A DNA stretch of 64,000 bases from an uncultured beta proteobacterium (GTDB lineage Bacteria; Pseudomonadota; Gammaproteobacteria; Burkholderiales; Gallionellaceae): positions 57,003 to 121,002 of the forward strand of contig CAWKIN010000006.1 of the NCBI GenBank assembly GCA_963849875.1, written 5' to 3'. The notes under the pieces are model-generated. The model made no database searches, was not told the origin of the DNA, and worked only from the letters and a program-made list of their open reading frames with translations. Below are positions 38,006-48,459 of this stretch, one piece after another. The position numbers and the translations under genes are program-made. Within the stretch, counting starts at the first letter, position 1; the number at the start of each line of letters is the position of its first letter.

Positions 38006-40679
38006 GCGTGTCCTCCCAACTGCCCTGACGGCACAGACCGCGCATCTCGCAATAGCCGCACGCTGCATCCACACCGTTGGCCGGCAGCGCCGTACCGCCG
38101 CGCATCTGTATGTATACGGTTTGCAGACGCGACATGTTTAGACTAGCCAATTCGCGCATCGCATTCTCTACAGTAGAGGACGCAGGTGGCGCGACCTCGG
38201 CGACATTGCCTTCCAGGCTCACGAATGCGGCGCTATCCGCGTCGCGTACCGACACGTAGCAAGCCAGCTGCACATCTTCACCCGCGTCTTTCAACTTCCC
38301 CTTTAACGCGGTCACGCTCTGGGTCTTGTAATCGAGCACGCATTCATCGCCAGCGGCGTTGCTATCGACACGATCGATACGTCCCCGCAGGATCAAGTCT
38401 TCCAGCACTTGCATCTCGAACGGCACTTCGGCGGCGGCATAGCGCCAGCCCGCATGCTCGCGTTGCATTTGCCAATCGAGATAGGCGGGGATCATCTTTT
38501 GCCAGCGTGCCAGCCAGGCCAGCGCGAGATAGTCGTGTGCCAAGGCAGCGGCGAACACCTGCTCGCTGATGCCTTGCAGCGCTACGTTCAACTTCGCGAT
38601 GTCCTCATCCAATAACACGGGAAACTCATCATGGAAGTGCTGCAGCACCGTGTGCACCCAAGTGCCGTAATCACGCTTGTCGATGTCCTCGCGCACTTCA
38701 TCCAGATCGTTCAGACGCAAGGCGTGGCGCGCATAGAACTGATAAGGGCAAGCGACCAGACTGTTATAACCGGAAGGCGAGATACGTTGCGGCAACAAGC
38801 CGGATGGCAACACCGGATGCGGCATCGCAGCGGAAGGAGGCAGCGCAAAGCCGGCATTGCACACCCCCGCGTCGTCCAGCACTGCGGCCAGTTCCTGGGC
38901 TGCCAGATCGTCGCCATAGGCCAGCACGTGCAGCGCACGCAGCATCTCGAAATGCGGGCTGAGCATATTTGGTTCACCGTTCTGATGCGCTTGCCAGGTC
39001 ACCAGCACCTCATCGTTCAAGGCCAGCAAGGCCAACAGGTCATCGCGCACCGCGTCTTGTTGCACTCGACTCAAAGGCAAGCCCAGCGCAGTGCGCACCG
39101 CGTCGTTGAACCATAAGTTATTGGCAGGTGCGGGTAGATGTTTGGCGTCGCACCCCAGCAGCAACACGGCATCGAAACGACGCCAGCGTGTCGCAGCCAG
39201 ATGCGTGAAGCGCACCGGACTTTCCACGCTCATGTCGCGGAAGGTGTTCAAGTCCAGCTGTTGCGACAGCCAGCGCTTCCCTTCCGCGAAACTGCAACGC
39301 GTCTTGTCTTCCTGCAATTCTTCGCGCCATTGTCCGAGCAATTGCAACAACTGCTGGCCTGCCATGTCATCCGCCCAGGCGCTCAGCACACCCAATATCT
39401 CCAGACTGTTGCGCAAGGCGATCAACCACTGACTGAGCGTCACGCGTCCTTTGGGCAGCACCGCAGCCGCCTGACGCAAGCGCGCCAAGGCACGGTTCAG
39501 TTCGGCATCGTCGCTGGTGGCGATATAACGTTCCAGTGTGCTGACCACCCCTTGCTTGCGCACCATCTGCTCGAACAGATAGGCCGCTTGTTTGCGAGTA
39601 TCGGAAGGCGCATCGGCAAACAAGAAGGGCGACTTGAGCAGGTCCAGCACATCCTGATAATAGAAATCGTTTTGCAGCGCTTCCAGCCAGGTCATCAGCA
39701 CCGTGCTGACCGACAGCGTGGCGAAGGTCCAGCCGCTCTCGTCCTGCACCTGTACCTCCGCGCGCTCCAGCAAGGCGCGCACCCGGCGCGCCGCCAGCCG
39801 GTCTTGCACTACGACTGCGATGGATGACTTTCCTTCCAGCAGCCAGCGGCGTATCTGCACCTCGGCGGCACGCGCCTCGTGCTCCAATCCCTGTGCGGCG
39901 AACAAGCCCAGATGGCCTGACAGCCGTGCTCCTGACAAAGCTTTCAATGCTTCCGCATCGGCACGCAAATCGGTGCGGCTGGCATCGCGCTGCAAGGCAC
40001 AGGCGAGGAGCGCTTGACTAGGCTCAGTACACACCATCTCGCGCATATTGAAGACCGTCACCGCGACACGTTCGGCACAGCGTTGCAGAAAGACGCGCTC
40101 CGGCGCACTCAGTGCCGAGGTGAGCAACACATACACAGGCTGAACGACCTGCTCGGCGAGCATCGCTAATCTTTTCTGATAGGCGCGCACGCTGTCAGAT
40201 TGCGAGTTTCCCGCCATGGCATACCAGAGCTCGTGCACCATACGCGCCTCGAACTGCAAGGACGCGCCACTGCGTGCCGCATAGGCAGCAACCAGTTGTG
40301 CAGAGAATTCTTCCTGGCTGAGTGGCAGCGCCACATGATGCTCGGTGAGCGCGTCTATAAGCGCCAGCAACTCGCGCGACAGACTCCACAGATCGGCATC
40401 CGCGAACCATCCGTTATCGCGCAGGGTCTGGTACAGCAAGGCGATGCGCTGCGTGTCGGTATCGACAGGCGTCGTCAACGGGATGCCCGCCGCCCAGTCG
40501 CTCAGTGTGAGCATATTGGGCAACAACAGAGCAGGCACAGCCGCTTGCGCAATCAATGACTGTGCCAGCGGTTGAGCGACGTGATAGTTGGGGAGTAATA
40601 CCGTGATGGCGCGCAGATCTGGCGGCGCATGGTCAGCGAGGATTTTTTTTGCGACGGTTGAAAAGAACGCGGGATTCAA
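37998..40679 (-). CDS. addB: AddB-like PD-(D/E)xK nuclease subunit
   Basis: ISPS.YN.L..CPYQF, GRIDRVD..LDYKT, C.YCEMRGLCR Fe-S cysteines; coupled to addA. Confidence 0.88.
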   Translation of the reverse strand: MNPAFFSTVAKKILADHAPPDLRAITVLLPNYHVAQPLAQSLIAQAAVPALLLPNMLTLSDWAAGIPLTTPVDTDTQRIALLYQTLRDNGWFADADLWSLSRELLALIDALTEHHVALPLSQEEFSAQLVAAYAARSGASLQFEARMVHELWYAMAGNSQSDSVRAYQKRLAMLAEQVVQPVYVLLTSALSAPERVFLQRCAERVAVTVFNMREMVCTEPSQALLACALQRDASRTDLRADAEALKALSGARLSGHLGLFAAQGLEHEARAAEVQIRRWLLEGKSSIAVVVQDRLAARRVRALLERAEVQVQDESGWTFATLSVSTVLMTWLEALQNDFYYQDVLDLLKSPFLFADAPSDTRKQAAYLFEQMVRKQGVVSTLERYIATSDDAELNRALARLRQAAAVLPKGRVTLSQWLIALRNSLEILGVLSAWADDMAGQQLLQLLGQWREELQEDKTRCSFAEGKRWLSQQLDLNTFRDMSVESPVRFTHLAATRWRRFDAVLLLGCDAKHLPAPANNLWFNDAVRTALGLPLSRVQQDAVRDDLLALLALNDEVLVTWQAHQNGEPNMLSPHFEMLRALHVLAYGDDLAAQELAAVLDDAGVCNAGFALPPSAAMPHPVLPSGLLPQRISPSGYNSLVACPYQFYARHALRLNDLDEVREDIDKRDYGTWVHTVLQHFHDEFPVLLDEDIAKLNVALQGISEQVFAAALAHDYLALAWLARWQKMIPAYLDWQMQREHAGWRYAAAEVPFEMQVLEDLILRGRIDRVDSNAAGDECVLDYKTQSVTALKGKLKDAGEDVQLACYVSVRDADSAAFVSLEGNVAEVAPPASSTVENAMRELASLNMSRLQTVYIQMRGGTALPANGVDAACGYCEMRGLCRQGSWEDTHG

Positions 40680-40762
40680 ATCAAGATATCCGTCTATGGT
40701 TCCGAATTGAATCGAAAGTGATTTGGCAACTCAAAATCACCTCGAAAGGAACTAACCTCAAA

Positions 40763-40879
40763 TAACCGTCGCGAGCGGCTTGAGCGCAAGGCGCACGGAG
40801 CGGAGCAACGAGACATACCTACTGGTAGGCGAGGCAGCGAGTACCGCGCAACGCAGCGATCGATTCGCGCAGTAGGTTA
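40763..40879. repeat. ~117-bp palindromic MITE (RPE/ERIC-like architecture), copy 1
   Basis: AACCGT.GCGAGCGGCTTGAG..GCACGGAGC..GAGACATACC..AGGCGAGG..GCGAG.ACCGCGC..TCGCGCAGTAGGTT shared with 47158-47275. Confidence 0.8.
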
Positions 40880-40894
40880 GTCGAGGTTTTCACA

Positions 40895-41218
40895 TTAGCG
40901 TTCGAGCAGATGCAACTTGTCTTTGACACCCTTCCATTCATCCGCATCGGCAGGGGCTTCCTGCTTGGCGACGATGGGCTTCCATAGCTTGGCCAACTCG
41001 GCGTTCAGCGCCAGGAAGTGGTGCTGTTCAGCCGGCAGGTCGTCCTCGGCGAAGATCGCTTCGGCGGGACATTCGGCGACACACAAGGTGCAGTCTATAC
41101 ATTCATCCGGATCGATCACCAGGAAGTTGGGGCCTTCACGAAAGCAATCCACCGGGCAGACGTCCACGCAGTCCGTGTATTTACATTTGATGCAAGATTC
41201 CGAAACGACATAGGTCAT
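40895..41218 (-). CDS. fdxA: 7Fe ferredoxin
   Basis: [24 protein letters not shown]...[12 protein letters not shown]. Confidence 0.95.
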   Translation of the reverse strand: MTYVVSESCIKCKYTDCVDVCPVDCFREGPNFLVIDPDECIDCTLCVAECPAEAIFAEDDLPAEQHHFLALNAELAKLWKPIVAKQEAPADADEWKGVKDKLHLLER

Positions 41219-41383
41219 GGCATTACTCCAATTTTCAAAGTGGCGGCATTTTAACAGAGCCGTCGTGGAAATCGTGCCCAAAAATCTGGGGGTATTACAG
41301 GCCACGATGAAGAGGATACAATCGCCACCGACACCAAGGCCACAGCAGGAAATCAAACGCTACAAGCATTTTAGGGAGACAGG

Positions 41384-41599
41384 ATGCTGAAATTCGATTT
41401 TTCGCTCAAGACGCGCGACGGACACCAGATCGTCAACGTACAGATCCATGGCAAAGACCTCAGTGATGCCGAACGCAAGTTGCGCCAGATGTACCGCCAC
41501 TGCGAAGTACTCAGCTGCACTACCACGGATGCCGACAAGAACATCACTCGAGCCATGGACATCGAGGAGTTGCTGACCTTGATCGCCAAACAACAGTAG
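41384..41599 (+). CDS. Small hypothetical protein
   Basis: GGAG RBS; AERKLRQMYRHCEVL. Confidence 0.7.
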   Translation: MLKFDFSLKTRDGHQIVNVQIHGKDLSDAERKLRQMYRHCEVLSCTTTDADKNITRAMDIEELLTLIAKQQ

Positions 41600-41616
41600 T
41601 CATATCCGCATTCCGG

Positions 41617-42384
41617 TTATCTTATAAATCCATCCGCCAGCAACTCGGTCAACAGTGCATCGTAGTCGTGCGCGCCATGACTGGCCGGTGCGAACTCGAA
41701 GATGTTCTGCTGTTGCGCCGGACTTTGCGCGAGACTGACGTTCTCGGCGATGACCGTCTCACATACGTCCGCACCAAATTCCCGTTGCGCCATATGCAAA
41801 ATCTCACTCGACATACCGCGCCGTCTATCGAAGCGCGTCACCACATAACGGCGTGGCACGCGCCGCTTGAGCACTTGCTCCAGCGCATGCAGCGTCTTGC
41901 TGATCTGCACAGCGCCGTTCATCGACAAATAATCGGCCGACACCGGCACGATCAGCCCATCACTGGCAAATATGGCGTTCAGTGAGAGCACGCCCACCAA
42001 GGGACAGCAATCGATCATCCAGGGTGTGCCTTCGGCCAGCGAGCGTTCCGCTTGCAGACTGGTGTTGAGTTTGTTAATCGCGTTATAGCCTTTTCCGTAC
42101 AGCGTCTCCACTTTGGCCAATTCAAGATGCGCGGGGATAACACGTATGCCATTGGCGCTGCTCTTGATGAGCTCCGACAAAGGGCGATTGCGCTGAAACA
42201 ATCCGTAGATACTCTCCTCACCATGCTGCGCCGACACTCCCATCGCCGCACTTAGTTGCGCTTGCGGATCGAGATCGATGCAGGCCGGAGCCCGCCCCAG
42301 ACGTGCCAACCCCGCCGCGAGGTTCAGAGCGGTAGTAGTCTTACCCACCCCGCCTTTTTGATTGAATACAGCGATCACTGCCAT
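41617..42384 (-). CDS. Orphan ParA/Soj-family ATPase
   Basis: NQKGGVGKTT, DLDPQ, IDCCP. Confidence 0.9.
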   Translation of the reverse strand: MAVIAVFNQKGGVGKTTTALNLAAGLARLGRAPACIDLDPQAQLSAAMGVSAQHGEESIYGLFQRNRPLSELIKSSANGIRVIPAHLELAKVETLYGKGYNAINKLNTSLQAERSLAEGTPWMIDCCPLVGVLSLNAIFASDGLIVPVSADYLSMNGAVQISKTLHALEQVLKRRVPRRYVVTRFDRRRGMSSEILHMAQREFGADVCETVIAENVSLAQSPAQQQNIFEFAPASHGAHDYDALLTELLADGFIR

Positions 42385-42598
42385 TGTTTACAACCTACCG
42401 TACTGAATGTGCGTGGGGCATTCTAACAGGGACACATCTACGCATAGGCGATCACAACGAAGTCCTTTTCCTTGCGCCACAGTGCGCGGCCATGTGGGGT
42501 TTAGTCAGTGCTTCCCTAATGTTTAAGTTGCCCTCCCCCTCGTTTTCAGGGAAAATCCCCGCCCTTTTCCATTTTTATATTCAGGGATTTAACTGGGT

Positions 42599-43696
42599 AT
42601 GTCCGAGATCGCAAAACTTCAACAGCTGACCGAGCTGCCTATCGCACCGCCTATGAGCTGGTATTTCGACCCGCAAATACAGGCTGCGGAGCAACGCGCG
42701 CTGTTTGCGAACGGGCCGAACTATGTTGGCCATGAATTGATGGTGCCCAACCTTGGCGACTATCAGGTACTGGACGGCGGCTCGCAAGTGCTGGTGCGCA
42801 ATCCGAACGGCGTGGAACTGCTGTCCAACATCTGCCGACATCGGCAGGCCACCATGCTGGAAGGTCGCGGCAATGCCAAACATATCGTGTGCCCTTTGCA
42901 TCGCTGGACCTACAAGACCACCGGCGAACTGATGGGTGCGCCGCACTTCCCGCAGAACCCCTGTCTGCACCTGGGAAAATCGCCGTTGCAGAATTGGAAC
43001 GGCTTGCTCTTCAATGGCCAGCGCGACGTCACCAAGGACCTCGCTAAAGTCGGCGTGATGAAGGACCTGGATTTTTCCGGCTACATGTTGGATAGAGTCG
43101 AAGTGGACGAATACGCGTTCAACTGGAAGACCTTTATCGAGGTCTATCTGGAGGATTACCATGTCGTGCCTTTCCATCCCGGCTTAGGCAACTTCGTCGA
43201 TTGCGACGACTTGAAGTGGGAGTTCGGCGAGCAGTACAGCGTGCAGACCGTGGGTATCAACAACGCGCTGCGCAAGGTCGGCAGCCCGGTATACGGCAAG
43301 TGGCAGGAGCAAGTATTGCGCATGTATGGCGGCAAACTGCCCAAGTACGGCGCAATCTGGCTGACCTACTATCCCAACATCATGGTGGAGTGGTATCCGC
43401 ACACGCTGGTCATCAGCACCATCGTGCCGCGCGGCCCGGAATCGTGCAGCAACATCGTCGAGTTCTATTATCCAGAGGAGATCGCCTTGTTCGAGCGCGA
43501 TTTCGTGGAAGCCGAGCAGAAGGCTTATCACGAGACTGCCGTAGAAGACGACATCATCTGCCTGAAGATGCATCAGGGTCGCAAAGCCCTGTACCAGCAA
43601 GGCATAGAACAGCACGGCCCCTACCAGTCGCCCACCGAGGACGGTATGCTGCACTTCCATGAATATCTGCACCGTAATCTCGCCCCCCATCTTTAA
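42599..43696 (+). CDS. Rieske aromatic-ring-hydroxylating oxygenase alpha-like protein
   Basis: NICRHR...CPLHRWTY and NWK...E.YLEDYHV..FH. Confidence 0.9.
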   Translation: MSEIAKLQQLTELPIAPPMSWYFDPQIQAAEQRALFANGPNYVGHELMVPNLGDYQVLDGGSQVLVRNPNGVELLSNICRHRQATMLEGRGNAKHIVCPLHRWTYKTTGELMGAPHFPQNPCLHLGKSPLQNWNGLLFNGQRDVTKDLAKVGVMKDLDFSGYMLDRVEVDEYAFNWKTFIEVYLEDYHVVPFHPGLGNFVDCDDLKWEFGEQYSVQTVGINNALRKVGSPVYGKWQEQVLRMYGGKLPKYGAIWLTYYPNIMVEWYPHTLVISTIVPRGPESCSNIVEFYYPEEIALFERDFVEAEQKAYHETAVEDDIICLKMHQGRKALYQQGIEQHGPYQSPTEDGMLHFHEYLHRNLAPHL

Positions 43697-43701
43697 CAGC
43701 A

Positions 43702-43811
43702 CCGTTCTCGGTGAGCCACCAGATTCCGTTCGTCCCATACAACTTTTGATCGGACACCCGCCTGAGCCTGTTGTAGTGTCGCTCATGCTTCGACAGGCTC
43801 ACCACGAACGG
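43702..43811. repeat. Intergenic, partly degenerate copy of the REP family found in addA
   Basis: CCGTTCTCGGTGAGCC ... CTTCGACAGGCTCACCACGAACGG. Confidence 0.7.
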
Positions 43812-43830
43812 AGCTTCGATTAGCACTAGC

Positions 43831-44685
43831 ATGGGTTCGCTTTGGATGCTGGTCGCAGGAGTGCTGTTCGCCTGCATGGGCGTGTTCGTCAAACTCGGTG
43901 CGCCGTATTTTTCGCATATCGAGCTGGTGTTCTACCGCTCCTTCTTCGGCCTGATATTCATCTATCTCATCATGCTGCAACAACGTATCCCGCTGGTCAC
44001 ACGCTATTGGCGTAATCACCTGTGGCGCGGTCTGTCCGGTTCGGTTGCACTCGCCTTGTTTTTCTATTGCATCACGGTGCTGCCGCTCGCCACAGCCGTC
44101 ACACTCAACTACACCGCGCCGTTGTTCCTCACTCTCTTCACCATGCTGGTGTTCAATGACAAGTTCCATTTGCCGTTGACCTTGAGCATAGGACTGGGCT
44201 TCTGCGGCGTGGTACTGTTGCTGCACCCCACCCTGCAACACAATCAACTGTTCACCGGGCTATTCGGATTGATCTCCGGCTTCCTTGCGGGGGTCGCCTA
44301 TCTGAACGTCAAACAACTCGGCAATCTGGGTGAGCCCGCCACGCGTACGGTGTTCTACTTCAGTCTCACTGCGACTGTCGGGAGCGGCATCTGGATATGG
44401 TTCGACACTGTTCACGCCATCAGCACGCGGAGTTGGCTGATACTGCTGGGGCTGGGCAGCACCGGCACACTCGCACAACTCGCGATGACGCGTGCCTATA
44501 TAGTCGGCAAGACGCTGGTAGTGGGCAGTCTGGCCTACAGCACCATCGTATTTGCCGGCCTGTTCGGCATGGTGTTATGGGACGAGCGCCTACCATTCAC
44601 AAGTTGGCTGGGTATGGCCTGCATCATCGCAAGCGGCATGTTAAGCTTGCACCTGAAACCCACACACCAAGAGGCAAGAAAATGA
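43831..44685 (+). CDS. DMT/EamA transporter
   Basis: About 10 TMs; LNYTAPLF. Confidence 0.88.
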   Translation: MGSLWMLVAGVLFACMGVFVKLGAPYFSHIELVFYRSFFGLIFIYLIMLQQRIPLVTRYWRNHLWRGLSGSVALALFFYCITVLPLATAVTLNYTAPLFLTLFTMLVFNDKFHLPLTLSIGLGFCGVVLLLHPTLQHNQLFTGLFGLISGFLAGVAYLNVKQLGNLGEPATRTVFYFSLTATVGSGIWIWFDTVHAISTRSWLILLGLGSTGTLAQLAMTRAYIVGKTLVVGSLAYSTIVFAGLFGMVLWDERLPFTSWLGMACIIASGMLSLHLKPTHQEARK

Positions 44686-45029
44686 TCACCATCGAACAAG
44701 CACCCAACCTGATCAATGTCGCCGTGATGGGCGAATTCACACTGCGCGACTTCAAACAATTCGAAGAGCAAGCACTGTACAAATTATCCGCACCCGGCCC
44801 GATCAATCTCATCTTCGACTTGCGCGGCATGCTGGACTACACACCCGATGTTGCATGGGAAGAAATAAAATTCTTCAGTCGCGAACATCAGCACGATTTC
44901 AGCAATATCGCCGTGGTCACCGACGACCAGTGGGTCACATGGCAAGCTTGGCTGTCACGCCTGTTCGTCGATGCCGACATCCGCGTTTTCAAAGAGTACG
45001 GCGCAGCACAGAACTGGGTTGCCGCATAA
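44682..45029 (+). CDS. SpoIIAA-like (STAS/SEC14) protein
   Basis: V.GEFTL.DFK.FE and AWEEIKF.R.H..DF..IAVVTD. Confidence 0.8.
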   Translation: MITIEQAPNLINVAVMGEFTLRDFKQFEEQALYKLSAPGPINLIFDLRGMLDYTPDVAWEEIKFFSREHQHDFSNIAVVTDDQWVTWQAWLSRLFVDADIRVFKEYGAAQNWVAA

Positions 45030-45114
45030 AACCAAGCGCTTACCATCCCATGATATTTTTTTCCGCTGCATCGTTGACAAGGGTGGGTTAAATCTGGACA
45101 ATGCCGCGCTTCGT

Positions 45115-45191
45115 GGTGATATAGCTCAGTTGGTTAGAGCACAGCATTCATAATGCTGGGGTCGGTGGTTCAAGTCCACCTATCACCACCA
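45115..45191 (+). tRNA. tRNA-Met (CAT), elongator type
   Basis: Cloverleaf GGTGATA/TATCACC, anticodon stem CAGCA/TGCTG with loop TTCATAA, GGTTCAA T-arm, encoded CCA; TTGACA upstream and a terminator downstream. Confidence 0.95.
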
Positions 45192-45259
45192 CAGATTCCA
45201 AGCCCTGAACCATTCAGGGCTTTTTCTTTTGCAAGGCGATTCGGTCTACAACATACCTG

Positions 45260-47110
45260 ATGGATACTTTGCCTCACTCCCGCACACACCAAAACACACC
45301 CGCGCATGTACTGCACGATGTGTTCGGCTACTCGCGATTCCGTGGCGCGCAACAGGACATTGTGGAACACGTTGCGAGCGGCGGCGATGCCTTGGTGCTG
45401 ATGCCGACCGGCGGCGGCAAGTCCTTGTGCTATCAGATCCCGGCACTACTGCGTCCCGGTGTGGGCATCGTCATCTCACCGCTGATCGCGCTGATGCAAG
45501 ACCAGGTCGCGGCACTGCTGCAATTGGGCGTGCGTGCCGCGTTCTTGAATTCAAGCATGGATGCGGATACTTCGCGCCGTGTTCAGCAGCAGTTGCTCAA
45601 GGGCGAACTGGACATGCTCTATGTCGCGCCGGAGCGCTTGCTCAACGAGAATTTCCTTGATCTGTTGACGCGCCTCGAAACAAGCGTTGGCGTGGCGTTG
45701 TTCGCCATCGATGAGGCGCATTGCGTGTCACAATGGGGACACGACTTCCGTCCCGATTACCGCGCGCTGACCATCTTGCACGAACGCTTTCCGAACGTGC
45801 CGCGCATCGCGCTCACCGCCACTGCCGACGCACCGACGCGTGCCGAGATCATCGAGCGTCTGGCATTGGAGAACGCGCGCCAGTTCGTCTCCAGTTTCGA
45901 CCGGCCCAACATCCGCTACCGCGTGGTGCAAAAGAACAATGCGCGCCAGCAGCTCGCGGCCTTTCTCGACAGCGAACATGCCTGCGACGCGGGCGTGGTG
46001 TATTGCCTGTCGCGCAAGAAAGTCGACGAGACCGCGCTGTGGTTGCAGGAACAAGGCTGGGATGCGCTGCCTTATCACGCCGGATTGGACAACGCGACGC
46101 GCGCACAAAATCAAAGCCGTTTCTTGCGCGAGGAAGGCGTGGTCATGGTCGCCACCGTGGCGTTCGGCATGGGCATAGACAAGCCCAATGTGCGCTTCGT
46201 CGCGCATCTGGATCTGCCCAAAAGTTTGGAAGCCTATTATCAGGAAACGGGGCGCGCGGGGCGCGACGGCTTGCCCGCCAATGCCTGGCTCGCCTATGGC
46301 CTGGGCGATGTGGTGAGTATGCGCAGCATGCTGGATTCAGGCGATGCGCCGGAAGAACGCAAGCGCGTGGAACGGCAAAAATTGGATGCGCTGCTGGGCT
46401 ACTGCGAATCCACCGCCTGTCGCCACCAGACCTTGTTGCGCTATTTCGGTGAACAGCATCCCGGCAACTGTTGCGAGTGCGACAACTGTTTGCAACCACC
46501 GGAGACCTGGGATGCTACGCAGGCGGCGCAGATGGCCTTATCCTGCGTTTATCGTACCGGGCAACGCTTCGGTGCGGGTCACCTGAGTGATGTATTGATA
46601 GGCAAGCAGACCGCACAGATTGAACGGCATAACCATCATCAGCAATCCACCTTCGGCATCGGCAAGGAGTTGGCCGCCACGCAATGGAGCAGTGTGTTCC
46701 GCCAACTCATTGCACACGGATTTTTGAGCGCCGACATCGAAGCCTATGGCGGATTGAAACTCACGGCAGAAGCCCGTCCGGTATTGCGCGGCGAGCAAGC
46801 CGTGTGGCTGCGCCGCGATGTGCAAGTGACCAAGCGCAAGACCAGCACACGTGGTACGAAAGCCAACCCGGCCGGTGTGCAAGACGATGGCCTATGGTCT
46901 GCCCTCAAAGCCAAACGTATGGAACTGGCACGCGAGCAGGGTGTGCCACCCTATGTGATTTTCCATGACAGCACTTTGGTCGAGATGATGAGCGTGCATC
47001 CACGCACCCAGGATGAGATGGCGCGCGTCAGCGGCGTAGGCCAGGCCAAGCTGGCGCGATACGGCGATGAGTTCCTGAAGGTGTTCGAGAATGCGGCGAA
47101 CGCCGATTGA
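45260..47110 (+). CDS. recQ: ATP-dependent DNA helicase RecQ
   Basis: [40 protein letters not shown] cysteines, HRDC. Confidence 0.96.
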   Translation: MDTLPHSRTHQNTPAHVLHDVFGYSRFRGAQQDIVEHVASGGDALVLMPTGGGKSLCYQIPALLRPGVGIVISPLIALMQDQVAALLQLGVRAAFLNSSMDADTSRRVQQQLLKGELDMLYVAPERLLNENFLDLLTRLETSVGVALFAIDEAHCVSQWGHDFRPDYRALTILHERFPNVPRIALTATADAPTRAEIIERLALENARQFVSSFDRPNIRYRVVQKNNARQQLAAFLDSEHACDAGVVYCLSRKKVDETALWLQEQGWDALPYHAGLDNATRAQNQSRFLREEGVVMVATVAFGMGIDKPNVRFVAHLDLPKSLEAYYQETGRAGRDGLPANAWLAYGLGDVVSMRSMLDSGDAPEERKRVERQKLDALLGYCESTACRHQTLLRYFGEQHPGNCCECDNCLQPPETWDATQAAQMALSCVYRTGQRFGAGHLSDVLIGKQTAQIERHNHHQQSTFGIGKELAATQWSSVFRQLIAHGFLSADIEAYGGLKLTAEARPVLRGEQAVWLRRDVQVTKRKTSTRGTKANPAGVQDDGLWSALKAKRMELAREQGVPPYVIFHDSTLVEMMSVHPRTQDEMARVSGVGQAKLARYGDEFLKVFENAANAD

Positions 47111-47157
47111 ATTGGCCTGATTTGTAGGAGCAAGCAAGCTCACTACAAAAAATCAAA

Positions 47158-47275
47158 AACCGTAGCGAGCGGCTTGAGTGCTAGAAGCACGGAGCACAGC
47201 GACCGAGACATACCGGACAGGCAGGCGAGGAGCGAGCACCGCGCGACAACGCATTCAAGTCGCGCAGTAGGTTTA
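47158..47275. repeat. ~117-bp palindromic MITE, copy 2 (abuts the apbC stop)
   Basis: Aligns with 40763-40879. Confidence 0.8.
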
Positions 47276-48367
47276 AGTGTTCTGCACCACGATTTTGGGG
47301 AACGCGGCACTATGATCCTGCGCCATCTCCGCGACTTTCACCGCGACGCGTCGGGCGATGGTCTTGTAGGTCTTGCTGATGTCACCATCCGGTTCGGCGA
47401 CCACGGTGGGCATGCCCGAATCGGCTTGCTCGCGGATGCGGATGTCCAGCGGCAGACTGCCCAGGAATTCCACCTCGTAGTCGGCGCACATCTTCGCCCC
47501 ACCGCCCGCGCCGAAGATATGTTCTTCGTGACCGCACTTCGAGCAGATGTGCGTGCTCATGTTCTCCACGATGCCGATGATCTTGATACCGACCTTCTCG
47601 AACATCTTGAGTCCTTTGCGTGCATCCATCAGCGCGATGTCCTGCGGCGTGGTGACGATAATGGAGCCGGTGACTGGCACTTTTTGCGCCAGCGTCAGCT
47701 GGATGTCGCCGGTGCCGGGCGGCAGATCTACCACCAGATAATCGAGATTGTCCCAATTCGTCTGGCGCAGCAGTTGATCGAGTGCCTGAGTCACCATGGG
47801 GCCGCGCCAAATCATGGGTGCGTCGTCGCCCGCGATCATGTAGCCGATGGACATAGACTGCAGGCCGTGGTTGCTCATCGGCTCCATGGATTTTCCGTCG
47901 CGCGATTTCGGCTGCCCGGTGATACCCAACATGGTGGGTTGCGACGGACCGTAGATGTCCGCGTCCAGTATGCCGACACGCGCACCCTCGGCGGCCAAGG
48001 CCAGCGCCAGATTCACGGCCGTGGTGGACTTGCCCACACCGCCTTTGCCCGATGCCACCGCGATGATGTTCTTTACGCCTTCCACTAGGGCGACGCCGCG
48101 CTGCACCGCATGCGGCACAACTTTACTGGTCACAGTCGCAGTGACCTTACCCACACCCGGCAGGCTGCTCTTGAGATGTGCTTCGACCTGCTCCCGAATT
48201 TCGCCCCAAACGCTTTGCGCGGGATAACCAAGCAGAATATCCAGACTGACATCGCTGCCGGACACCTTGATGTTCTTCACCGACTTGCCGCTGACATAAT
48301 CCTTTTGCGTGTTGGTATCAATCAGATTCTTTAACGCGCTCTGCACATCGGCTTCAGTAAAACTCAT
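47273..48367 (-). CDS. apbC: Fe-S cluster carrier ApbC/Mrp
   Basis: ASGKGGVGKST, DADIYGPS, WRGPM, DLPPGTGD, ENMS..CSKC. Confidence 0.95.
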   Translation of the reverse strand: MSFTEADVQSALKNLIDTNTQKDYVSGKSVKNIKVSGSDVSLDILLGYPAQSVWGEIREQVEAHLKSSLPGVGKVTATVTSKVVPHAVQRGVALVEGVKNIIAVASGKGGVGKSTTAVNLALALAAEGARVGILDADIYGPSQPTMLGITGQPKSRDGKSMEPMSNHGLQSMSIGYMIAGDDAPMIWRGPMVTQALDQLLRQTNWDNLDYLVVDLPPGTGDIQLTLAQKVPVTGSIIVTTPQDIALMDARKGLKMFEKVGIKIIGIVENMSTHICSKCGHEEHIFGAGGGAKMCADYEVEFLGSLPLDIRIREQADSGMPTVVAEPDGDISKTYKTIARRVAVKVAEMAQDHSAAFPKIVVQNT

Positions 48368-48459
48368 GACTTGCACTCCAGTGGGAAACAAAATAGGCAG
48401 CGATTCTAAACGAATTCTGAACCGCTAAAGCCGGTTAATCGTTATGGGAATTAGTTGAT

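Noticed and set aside
41617-42384. ParA as a sign of a plasmid or prophage
   Set aside because: No parB, rep or phage genes nearby; orphan ParA-like ATPases are common on chromosomes
45115-45191. tRNA as an island integration site, or as initiator Met/Ile2
   Set aside because: No integrase or duplicated 3' end was noticed. The G1-C72 pair and lack of a GGG/CCC anticodon stem exclude initiator, and the sequence resembles elongator Met
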